IMG/VR virus record: IMGVR_UViG_3300025010_000008
Strand: one strand, 5' to 3'
Length of the DNA stretch: 64,000 nucleotides
Source of the DNA: a virus
Every line of letters begins with the position of its first letter. Within the stretch, counting starts at the first letter, position 1. The translations under genes and the position numbers were made by a program. Shown one piece after another: positions 33,803 through 41,636 of the stretch. The notes below the pieces were generated by a model, which was given only the letters and a program-made list of their open reading frames with translations, had not been told where the DNA came from and made no database searches.

Positions 33803-33940
33803 ATGAGTTTACAACAACCTCACGTTATATGCAAACGCTGCGAGTTCTATGAGGGTGGCTTATGTAAGCGCTATCCACCTAAGTCAGAATTCCCGAAAGT
33901 CAAACCGGATGACTGGTGCGGCGAATTTAAGGAAAGGTAG
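33803..33940 (+). CDS. Small Cys4 protein
   Basis: 45 aa, RBS ggggagga, CKRC...C...C, followed directly by a terminator. Confidence 0.45.
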   Translation: MSLQQPHVICKRCEFYEGGLCKRYPPKSEFPKVKPDDWCGEFKER

Positions 33941-33943
33941 TTT

Positions 33944-33971
33944 AGCCGCCTTCGGGCGGTTTATTTTTTTT
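33944..33971 (+). terminator. Rho-independent terminator
   Basis: AGCCGCC ttcg GGCGGTT followed by a T-run. Confidence 0.8.
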
Positions 33972-34047
33972 GCCCAAAAAACAAAACTCCCCTAGACGTA
34001 ATCCTAGGAGAGAGTTTTGCCGACAGTCACGTCTGACTGCCTCTGTC

Positions 34048-34345
34048 CCGCCCTGGTACGCTTTTACATAATGAGAGGCGTGGCGGGATCATATATTGGG
34101 CGAGTGCCTGCTAAAAATATTATAACAATTACCATTGGCATTTTCAAGGATTTATTTACCACTCACTTATTTTCCCCAAAACACGCATATATCAAAACGT
34201 CAACGAATAGCTTTTGAGTAACGCATTAACGAAGTTAAGAGTAACGCAAAAAAGCAGTAGGGCAGTTGTGGCCTTACTGTAAATAAGGTACAATATACCC
34301 AACAGATGCCGCCGCGCTTCCTTCACTAAAAGCGTACCAGGGCGG
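34048..34345. repeat. Pair of perfect 19-bp inverted repeats 260 bp apart
   Basis: CCGCCCTGGTACGCTTTTA at 34048-34066 and its exact reverse complement at 34327-34345. Confidence 0.85.
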
Positions 34346-34432
34346 TACATGTAAGCTGTATCCAAGAGACGCAGTGCACGGCGTTGAGGATAGCATAACC
34401 CTCTTAGGTTCCTACCTGGGAGGGTTTTTGCT
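34301..34432 (+). ncRNA. Candidate small RNA (promoter to terminator, about 130 nt)
   Basis: TTGTGG (34266-71), 17 bp, TACAAT (34289-94). Internal hairpins are present, such as TATCC...ACGC/GCGT...GGATA. A CCCTC/GAGGG stem with a T-run lies near 34399-34432. Confidence 0.25.
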
Positions 34433-34485
34433 TTGTATGGCGAATTATTACATATGTTCTTACTGGCACTAAGAACCCAAAGTAT

Positions 34486-34638
34486 CTACTTTAAGCCTTC
34501 GCGAGGCTTATTTTTTTGTTCTTTTTTAGTCTTGTCGGCTATATCTTTCGCGGCTTTGTTGATGTCGTAACTGTCGCTTGAATAGTCACCTGAACCACTT
34601 CGTATTTTCCTACTGTCTTTAATTATTGCCCAACACAT
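34486..34638 (-). CDS. Small hypothetical protein divergent from the XRE gene
   Basis: 50 aa, absent from the ORF track. RBS gaggtga lies upstream of the ATG on the minus strand. Confidence 0.35.
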   Translation of the reverse strand: MCWAIIKDSRKIRSGSGDYSSDSYDINKAAKDIADKTKKEQKNKPREGLK

Positions 34639-34705
34639 AAAATCACCTCAATTTTTATTATTTACATAAACATTTTTGCATATACATAAACATGGAGGTG
34701 TTTAT

Positions 34706-35104
34706 ATGTTTAAACAATTAAAGTTGCCCGGTGATATGCTTGAAACAATTGAACTGCTTTATAAGCAGACAAAGAAACACGATCCTCATTTAACAGAGTA
34801 TTTATTTCTGCAGGTTATTATTGACCAATGGCTAAAGCTATATCAGGCAAATACTAAGCAAGAACAATTTCATAAAGATAAATCTATCCTCAAAAATGAT
34901 CTGAAGATGGCTATACAGCTAAGCGGCAAAACGCAACGTCAAATAGCGCAAGAGACCGGAATAAACTATACCTATTTATCACAAGTTATACATGGCAAAT
35001 ATGAGCCATCTATTACAGTAGTTTTGCTTTTAGCAAAAGCGTTAAACTACCCATCAACGAAAATAGAAGAACTCTTCTTCTTAGAGCCTGCACCTGAGGT
35101 ATAA
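34706..35104 (+). CDS. XRE-family helix-turn-helix regulator
   Basis: HTH_3-like segment KTQRQIAQETGINYTYLSQVIHGKYEPSITVVLLLAKAL in the C-terminal half. RBS ggaggtg. Confidence 0.7.
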   Translation: MFKQLKLPGDMLETIELLYKQTKKHDPHLTEYLFLQVIIDQWLKLYQANTKQEQFHKDKSILKNDLKMAIQLSGKTQRQIAQETGINYTYLSQVIHGKYEPSITVVLLLAKALNYPSTKIEELFFLEPAPEV

Positions 35105-35165
35105 AATACCAGGGCGCAGGCTCTATTTTTATGTAATACGGGACAGGCAGTGTCTCATAAACTTC

Positions 35166-35471
35166 TGTTAAACACAAAAGATTTAGGGTATACGCAAAAT
35201 GTTTAACAAATACCAAAATGTTAAACGGGGGTGACACGTTGAGGACCTTTGTAGCCACCAGGTTAAACCCAAAAAAAGATTGTGACATAATTAGTGCCAT
35301 TAACGGGATAGAGTCGGGGGAACTATCCAGATTAATCAGGAAAGGCCTTAGATTGGTGTTAAACAGCAGGAAGGATGTTGTTAAACAATCGGGATCGGTT
35401 TTTATCACCCAGCAGCAAGTTGTTAAACAGTCGGATCAAACTTTAACTTATCATCAATCAACTGTTAAACA
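35166..35471. repeat. Iteron cluster TGTTAAAC(A/G), at least 7 copies
   Basis: Copies at 35166, 35200 (inverted), 35219, 35357, 35379, 35421 and 35463. The last four are spaced 22, 42 and 42 bp. Confidence 0.8.
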
Positions 35472-35535
35472 GCCGGCCAAATCAGCCCCAGAACAGCAAA
35501 AAAACCAGCCTGAAAAGCTGGTTTGGAAGTTATAG
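35218..35535 (+). CDS. Hypothetical protein whose gene carries the iterons
   Basis: 105-aa ORF. The repeated peptide VVKQS reflects the DNA iterons, so coding status is uncertain. Confidence 0.4.
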   Translation: MLNGGDTLRTFVATRLNPKKDCDIISAINGIESGELSRLIRKGLRLVLNSRKDVVKQSGSVFITQQQVVKQSDQTLTYHQSTVKQPAKSAPEQQKNQPEKLVWKL

Positions 35536-35620
35536 GTCGCCTATCGTGTTGTGTTACAACACTTTATTCACGGGAAGGCAAAAAGATTCCTGTTTTTCTA
35601 AAGAGGGAGGAATTTATTTT

Positions 35621-35968
35621 ATGGTAGTTGTTTTTAGACTAGGTAAGACTGGTCGGCTTATTAAACACATAGAGAGAAACAAGAAAATTTATATTACCAT
35701 AGGCTATGCTTTGGCTACATCCGTCTTACTGAATCCAAGTACGGCCTTTGCTGATATTAACAGTGGTGGCAAGGCAATACACGCAAAGCTATGCTCAGTT
35801 GGTAAGTGGGTTATCGTAGTCAAAGGAACCATAGATACTATTCAGTCGGTAATGAATGGCGATTTCCAGACAGCTAAGAAGATGTTTTTCTCATATCTAT
35901 TATGTTTCGCGGTCATGTTAGGCCTTCCCTGGAGTTTGGAGCAGGTCGAGGGGGTATTTAAACGATGA
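35621..35968 (+). CDS. Secreted/membrane protein (signal-like N-terminus plus C-terminal TM), possible VirB2/TrbC-like
   Basis: RBS gagggagg. KKIYITIGYALATSVLLNPSTAFA followed by a C-terminal hydrophobic helix. Confidence 0.45.
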   Translation: MVVVFRLGKTGRLIKHIERNKKIYITIGYALATSVLLNPSTAFADINSGGKAIHAKLCSVGKWVIVVKGTIDTIQSVMNGDFQTAKKMFFSYLLCFAVMLGLPWSLEQVEGVFKR

Positions 35969-36174
35969 AAGAGGCTTTTAAAGAAGCTATCATAGAGCTA
36001 TTAAAAACTGCCTTCGGTTCTCTTGGTCATTGGATAACCGGAGCCAGTTATAGTTTAGCGCTAGTAGGTGGCACAATTTCAGTATTGCTTTACGTGGCTG
36101 GCTGGTCAAAAGGGATGCGCTGGGTAGGTATTTTGATGGTTGTTCATGTCATTTTAAAAACTATCTTTGGTTAG
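35965..36174 (+). CDS. Small two-TM membrane protein, possible VirB3-like
   Basis: 69 aa with an ATGA overlap to its upstream neighbour. Two hydrophobic helices. Confidence 0.45.
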   Translation: MKEAFKEAIIELLKTAFGSLGHWITGASYSLALVGGTISVLLYVAGWSKGMRWVGILMVVHVILKTIFG

Positions 36175-36177
36175 GAG

Positions 36178-38526
36178 GTGCCTGGCCTGGAGCTTAAAAA
36201 CATAATTCAGATTATGCGGCCGGAATATGTTTATCTTAAACTAACCCCTAATAATTCCATCCGAAACAATTCAACACATAAATTAGCAAGGTCAATAAAC
36301 TCCCTCTATAAAAACATTTTGCAAAATATCAAGCGCAGGGAGTTAAAATGCATCAATGTTGCCGGGAGAGAGTTTTTGCTCAACTCCAAATACTCATTAA
36401 CCATAAATTCCAAAGTATCTTATTTCATCTACATTGAAAAAGGGAAAATAGAGTTTTATTTCATAGTCCCAAAGCAATACGTGGGTGTTATCAAGGAAAA
36501 GATTAATGATGTTTGGCCGGGAGTGACGGTTACACAGGTAATTGAGATTCCAGCGTTCAGCGGTGCTGCTATAAAACATCAATTGGTATATACTAAAGAG
36601 GATGGTCTAAGCTTAGCAACCGACAGAAGAGGCAATGAACTTTTAGAGAGCAACCTTAATATTATTGACGTTATGGAGCATGGGGACCGGGTAGGAATAT
36701 TCTACAATTTTATGCCAACCTCACAGCACGGATGGCGCAGTTCATATAAAGCAACAATAGACACTTTATCTAAAAATATGCCGGTTGACCGTAATAAGTT
36801 TGGTCCTGGATATCTATTTAAAGCTGCGGTTGGGGTAGTTGCAGGCACTGCCAAAGACTTAGGAGGGGTATTTGCCGGTGCCACTCCGGGAAGTTTAATC
36901 AATAAGGATAATCTGCTATTTGCGGAAACGCTTAAACAGTTTAATAATTCCCGTAAAATTTCGGATGCCACCGTCAGGAAGGGCAACGATATAGTTTTAA
37001 ATACACAAATACTTATCCTCAGTGAAAGCAAAGACAGGTTAAGGCAGCGCAACAATGCCAAGAGCCTGGCGCAAAGCTTTGATGCAATCTCCGAGGATAA
37101 TTCACTAATACATAAGCCGCACAATAAGAAATTCAACCCTTTAGGGTTTTCGATAAATGGCGCAGAGATAAATAAATTCGGTTCGGCTGAGTGTTCAAAC
37201 TTTATTTCCTTGCCAGGCAGGGAGTTGCTTGAAAAATACAGTTTTATAGATAAGGTGCAGACACAGGAAACGCAGGTGCCAGAGGACTTGCAATATGGCG
37301 TTATGTGCCTGGGCGAGAATACTTGCAAGGGCCATAAGCAAGCTGCCTACCTCAGTACGGATTTTGATTACAGAATGCTTAGCCTGGTATTAATTGGTCC
37401 GAACCGGGCAGGTAAGTCGAAGTTTTTGGCCAACATTCCAAAGAACGCCATAGATGAAGGGGAATGTGTGATAATCCCTGACTATATCGGCAGTTGCCAG
37501 CTCAGCTCTGAGATAGCAGGCTGCATCGACAAAGAAAAAGTCCTTGAGGTTCACTGTGATAACTGGGATACCCTGCAGGGCCTTGGGTACAATGAAGTGC
37601 CTCACAGCAGCAATCCTTTTGTGCAGTATAAAAACGCCAAAGAGCAGACAGCACTTTTAATGACCCTGGTTGACAGCATTAACTCCGATGATGCCAATTT
37701 TACCGCCAGGATGGGACGTTATTTTGAGGCAGCCTCATTAGCCGTGTTTTTATCAGGCGGCAGCATTAAAGACGTATTTTCTGTACTAATGAACCATAGA
37801 GTTAGAGAGGAATTTATTGATAAGATACCAAGAGCGCAGATGGAGAATATGCGTGAGTATATTGATTATTTAGACGAACTTAACCAGATTGAAAAGGGTA
37901 AAGTGGCTGGCACCAGGGCGCATCTTATTACCGGTGCCATTGACCGACTGCAGAAATTGAAGGTGAATGCTTACCTTGAAATGATGCTGAAGAAGGGTAC
38001 CGAGGACAATATTGATCTAGTTAAGGAAATGCAAAAAAATCAGCTAATAGTTATCAAGATGCCCCAGCGCATGTTTTTGACCGACAACGAGAAAGATGTG
38101 TATGTAACCTACTGGTTGACTAAAATATGGCTATCTCTGCAAATCAGGGAGGATCAGGTAAAGGATCGCGATAAGATGGTTAAGGTTAATCTGATAATAG
38201 ACGAACTATATCAGGTTAGTAATGCTGAAAAATTCTTGACCAAGAAGTTGAGCCAGCTTCCTAAGTTCAATATTAAGCCTATTATTAGCTGTCACTACTT
38301 AAACCAGATCAAAATAATCCGGGAGGAATTGCGAAGTGCAAATGCCTCATATATGTTAATTGCCGGGTGCGATAAGAAAAACTTTGAAGAACTGAAAAGC
38401 GAGTTATATCCATTTACGGAGGAAGACTTATTGAGCTTGCAAAGGTACCATAGTTTGAATTTAATAAAATGCAACAATGGTTATGGTAAGTTTATTACCC
38501 GCTTGCCGAAGCCGCTTAAAGCGTGA
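36178..38526 (+). CDS. Large P-loop NTPase, possible VirB4/TraC-like translocation ATPase (start codon uncertain)
   Basis: 782 aa. Walker A LIGPNRAGKS (about 37391-37420) and Walker B-like LIIDELYQV sit in the C-terminal half. It is preceded by two small membrane proteins. Confidence 0.5.
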   Translation: MPGLELKNIIQIMRPEYVYLKLTPNNSIRNNSTHKLARSINSLYKNILQNIKRRELKCINVAGREFLLNSKYSLTINSKVSYFIYIEKGKIEFYFIVPKQYVGVIKEKINDVWPGVTVTQVIEIPAFSGAAIKHQLVYTKEDGLSLATDRRGNELLESNLNIIDVMEHGDRVGIFYNFMPTSQHGWRSSYKATIDTLSKNMPVDRNKFGPGYLFKAAVGVVAGTAKDLGGVFAGATPGSLINKDNLLFAETLKQFNNSRKISDATVRKGNDIVLNTQILILSESKDRLRQRNNAKSLAQSFDAISEDNSLIHKPHNKKFNPLGFSINGAEINKFGSAECSNFISLPGRELLEKYSFIDKVQTQETQVPEDLQYGVMCLGENTCKGHKQAAYLSTDFDYRMLSLVLIGPNRAGKSKFLANIPKNAIDEGECVIIPDYIGSCQLSSEIAGCIDKEKVLEVHCDNWDTLQGLGYNEVPHSSNPFVQYKNAKEQTALLMTLVDSINSDDANFTARMGRYFEAASLAVFLSGGSIKDVFSVLMNHRVREEFIDKIPRAQMENMREYIDYLDELNQIEKGKVAGTRAHLITGAIDRLQKLKVNAYLEMMLKKGTEDNIDLVKEMQKNQLIVIKMPQRMFLTDNEKDVYVTYWLTKIWLSLQIREDQVKDRDKMVKVNLIIDELYQVSNAEKFLTKKLSQLPKFNIKPIISCHYLNQIKIIREELRSANASYMLIAGCDKKNFEELKSELYPFTEEDLLSLQRYHSLNLIKCNNGYGKFITRLPKPLKA

Positions 38527-38551
38527 CCATTGATTCTACTGGCTTTGTTCG

Positions 38552-38601
38552 GTTGTCGGTTATGTATAGTACGGGAAAGCTAACTATACATAACCGACAA
38601 C
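38552..38601. other. Perfect 19-bp inverted repeat (12-bp spacer); candidate attP core or bidirectional stem-loop
   Basis: GTTGTCGGTTATGTATAGT at 38552-70 and ACTATACATAACCGACAAC at 38583-601. It lies 3 nt from the serine recombinase stop and has no U-tracts. Confidence 0.4.
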
Positions 38602-38604
38602 TAA

Positions 38605-40077
38605 TTAACTACGGTAAGCAATTGTAATATCGTCCACACTAACTACTTCTATGTGGTCAATGATAGTCTGCAGCAGTGCCTTAGCTTTAACCGGATCCGT
38701 CTCCTCTAACAAAGCTGCAGCTATCTTTTGGCGCTGCCCTGTCCTGGCCGCTATTTCTTCTGGAGTAACCTGACCTTCAATTTGCGCCTTAAGCCGGTCG
38801 ATGTCTTTTCCTAAACTCTCTCTTTGTTCCGCAATAGATGCCTTCCGCTCTGAAAAGAAGTCAAGATCATAATCTCCCCGCTCATAGGCCTCTGCAGCTC
38901 TCAATGTCATCAGCTTTAGTTTGTCCATTTCCTTATGCTTAAAAGCCAGCTCCTCTTTAAGCAAGCCAATATTGGACGGTATTTCTTCCCTGCCAACAAC
39001 GGAAACTCCCTGGGTGGCCAACTCCTGAATATCGTTTAGCACCAGTGCTTCTAGTTCATTAGCCTTGATATACAACTGATTACAAGTACCCAGGCCGCGA
39101 GTAGAGTAATTATTACATACATAGTACCTGTACTCCCAAAAGCCTTCTTTAGCCTTCTTCTTGCGTGCATAACGGCCAATCATGGTCGCACTCTTACATA
39201 TACCGCAGCGAAGCAAGCCAGAAAGTAGGTAAAAGGAGTTCTGAGCCCGACCACTAATGTCACCTTTCCTTATACGCCTCTCCTGCACCTTTTTCCAAGT
39301 CTCAGGATCAATGATAGGCGGGTGGTTGTTTTCTACCCGTATAACGTCCCAGGTGAACGTACCGGTATACACTTCGTTCTTTATTATCTCCTTAACAGAT
39401 ACGTGGGCCCAGGTGTTTCCGCGTAGGCTTTTTAAACCCATGCTGTTTAAATGTTCAGCTATAGCCCGTAAGCCTAAATTTTGTTCCAGGTACATGGAAA
39501 ATATCATCCTGACCATGCGGGCTTCTTCTTCGTTTATCACAAATCCATTAGGTCCTATATCGTACCCAAGGGGACGGCGACACATATGCTTTCCCTGCTT
39601 TGCCCGCTCAATCATTCCTCCAATAACTTTACTAGCAAGCTGCTTGCGAAAATATTCACTAAATGCAGACAGAATATGCATTTGTAACTGACCTTGTGCG
39701 GTTGTTGTATCAAACCCGTCATGGATAGAAATAAAAGCTACTCCCAGTTTGTCCAGTTCATCAACAAAAAGCAGTGTATCCAGCATTGAACGGGCAAGTC
39801 GGTCTAGTTCGTGAACTATAACAACAGAAATACCATAGTCAGTGATGAATTTTATTACGGATGCTCGCTCCTTGGATGTGCCAGAAAGCACCTTAGCTCC
39901 GCTCTGTACAAACTCAAAGAAATGTACCAGGTCAAGGCCCCTGGCTTTGCACTCCTGGGCTATATGGGTTCGCTGGTGAGGAATGGAGTATCTGTCTTCC
40001 GTGGCCTGTTCTGCTGTTGACACTCTGACTATGGCAATAGCCCGGTTGTTGATTATTTTGTTATTCTGCTTTTTCAT
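38605..40077 (-). CDS. Large serine recombinase (phage integrase type)
   Basis: The N-terminal resolvase domain AIAIVRVSTAEQ carries the catalytic Ser. The recombinase domain and zinc ribbon (CGICKS...YYVCNNY...C) are followed by a C-terminal coiled-coil. 490 aa. Confidence 0.9.
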   Translation of the reverse strand: MKKQNNKIINNRAIAIVRVSTAEQATEDRYSIPHQRTHIAQECKARGLDLVHFFEFVQSGAKVLSGTSKERASVIKFITDYGISVVIVHELDRLARSMLDTLLFVDELDKLGVAFISIHDGFDTTTAQGQLQMHILSAFSEYFRKQLASKVIGGMIERAKQGKHMCRRPLGYDIGPNGFVINEEEARMVRMIFSMYLEQNLGLRAIAEHLNSMGLKSLRGNTWAHVSVKEIIKNEVYTGTFTWDVIRVENNHPPIIDPETWKKVQERRIRKGDISGRAQNSFYLLSGLLRCGICKSATMIGRYARKKKAKEGFWEYRYYVCNNYSTRGLGTCNQLYIKANELEALVLNDIQELATQGVSVVGREEIPSNIGLLKEELAFKHKEMDKLKLMTLRAAEAYERGDYDLDFFSERKASIAEQRESLGKDIDRLKAQIEGQVTPEEIAARTGQRQKIAAALLEETDPVKAKALLQTIIDHIEVVSVDDITIAYRS

Positions 40078-40315
40078 GTTGTCACCTCAAAAAATTATTC
40101 CCGAAACCAGGCCGGGATTATGAAAATTCGTAATGTACTTTAGCGACTATATTTAGTATAATTTAACTAAATAATTTATAGAGGTGGTGAAAAAACTGAA
40201 GCAAAGACTAACTCAACTTGAAAAGCGAGTGACTGCACTAGAAGGACAAGTTCCAGTACAGTCGGTAGTAAGTCTAGGAATTGATAAATATTCATTGAAA
40301 AAATTAGCGTCAAAA

Positions 40316-40798
40316 CTAAGCATTGGTGTTGATGCCCCTATTAGGTGCACACACACCGATAATTTGGTCTGTAAATAAAATAATATCACCAAGGGCATAT
40401 CTTGAATTTGGGATAGCAATTGATGTCATAACCGCATTTCTTAATAATACCATTTCTGTATCATTAGTAATCTTCACATTATCTAACCCTATTTTATCTT
40501 CCCATCCAGAAATAATATTATTGCGGCTTTTACTTGTAAGATCGGCTAGTTTCATCATAAAGTCGGTTTCATCATCATTGACGTCAGTAAACTCAAATTC
40601 TATTCCGTCAGCGTGAATAATTCCGATATTTGTTAGTAATGTGAGCTTGCTTTCTGGCTGCCCATCTTCATCTTCAACACTAACCGTATTAATAGCATTT
40701 TGAATAATCTTACTAAAACAGGTTACTGTAAGATGCTTCACGTTTATGTGCTGATAAAGTGCTTTTGATGACTTACAAGAATTTTTATCTTTAGTCAT
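40316..40798 (-). CDS. Hypothetical protein (lysogeny-side moron)
   Basis: 160 aa, RBS ggaggaggtg on the minus strand. Confidence 0.5.
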   Translation of the reverse strand: MTKDKNSCKSSKALYQHINVKHLTVTCFSKIIQNAINTVSVEDEDGQPESKLTLLTNIGIIHADGIEFEFTDVNDDETDFMMKLADLTSKSRNNIISGWEDKIGLDNVKITNDTEMVLLRNAVMTSIAIPNSRYALGDIILFTDQIIGVCAPNRGINTNA

Positions 40799-40899
40799 TA
40801 AGTAATTTCACCTCCTCCCCAAACTAATCAACTATTTATCATAAAACCTCTACCCTGGCCGGTAGTGGTTTTTTTGTGGAATATTCCACGTGGAATAAA

Positions 40900-41553
40900 T
40901 TATTTCTTACTGGCACTCATAACACCAAGCGCAATGCCAAGCTCCCTAGAGCTATTGACCCAGTATTTCTTGTTGTTGCGGATGGCATTACCCTTGTAGT
41001 TGCTTAAATTAGCATTGTCCCCAGCCAAACGAAGCTCTCTAATAAGATCTCCCCTTTCAGCAACGCTTAGCTCAGGATTAACCGTAGCAATTAATGTTCC
41101 TATGACCACTATTATATTCAGTCCAGAAATTGCGGTTCCGTCGCCATGACCTAATATTGTTAATTCATTTACGTATCCGTCAGACTTATTTACTGAACCA
41201 ATAATACCTAGGCTTTTTGTAAACATGTATTTAAATGTATTTACTTCTTTACCGTATTCTATTTGTATACTTTCGATTATCAGATCGGACTTAAATTCCT
41301 CAGCGGCCATATTAAACTTATTTCTAAATTGCTCTGTCGCAAATCCTAGTGAAGTTGCTTGTTTAGACATATTTTCTATACCTACGGAAAAAATAATAAC
41401 AGAAACAATAAAAGATATGCACCATTTTCTCCATGTTCCGGTACGTCTAATAGCCACAATTATAGTTCCAATTATGGTTACAATTGCAGCCAAAAGACCA
41501 ACTGCCATAAGTCCGCCCCACATTTTTATTCTACCCCCTTTGTTTTTCGGCAA
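40900..41553 (-). CDS. Membrane protein with two N-terminal TM helices (lysogeny-side)
   Basis: 217 aa. MWGGLMAVGLLAAIVTIIGTIIVAI and ISFIVSVIIFSVGI. Same strand as the repressor. Confidence 0.55.
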   Translation of the reverse strand: MPKNKGGRIKMWGGLMAVGLLAAIVTIIGTIIVAIRRTGTWRKWCISFIVSVIIFSVGIENMSKQATSLGFATEQFRNKFNMAAEEFKSDLIIESIQIEYGKEVNTFKYMFTKSLGIIGSVNKSDGYVNELTILGHGDGTAISGLNIIVVIGTLIATVNPELSVAERGDLIRELRLAGDNANLSNYKGNAIRNNKKYWVNSSRELGIALGVMSASKK

Positions 41554-41636
41554 ACACTGCCGCTATTGCCTTAATATTTATTTAACTATGTTCATAAATA
41601 GCGATTATTTTGTCGAATGCCCCCGAAAATACAAAA

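Noticed and set aside
34017-34217. 66-aa ORF in the gene-free zone.
   Set aside because: It has a TTG start with no RBS and lies across the left inverted-repeat arm and hairpins. It is more likely non-coding.
35013-35408. 131-aa minus-strand ORF.
   Set aside because: It overlaps the XRE gene 3' end and the iteron region, has no RBS, and has a low-complexity sequence.
40184-40378. 64-aa plus-strand coiled-coil ORF after the integrase promoter region.
   Set aside because: It has an RBS-like agaggtggtg, but it converges on and overlaps the 3' end of the minus-strand gene 40316-40798 by 63 nt. The evidence is insufficient either way.
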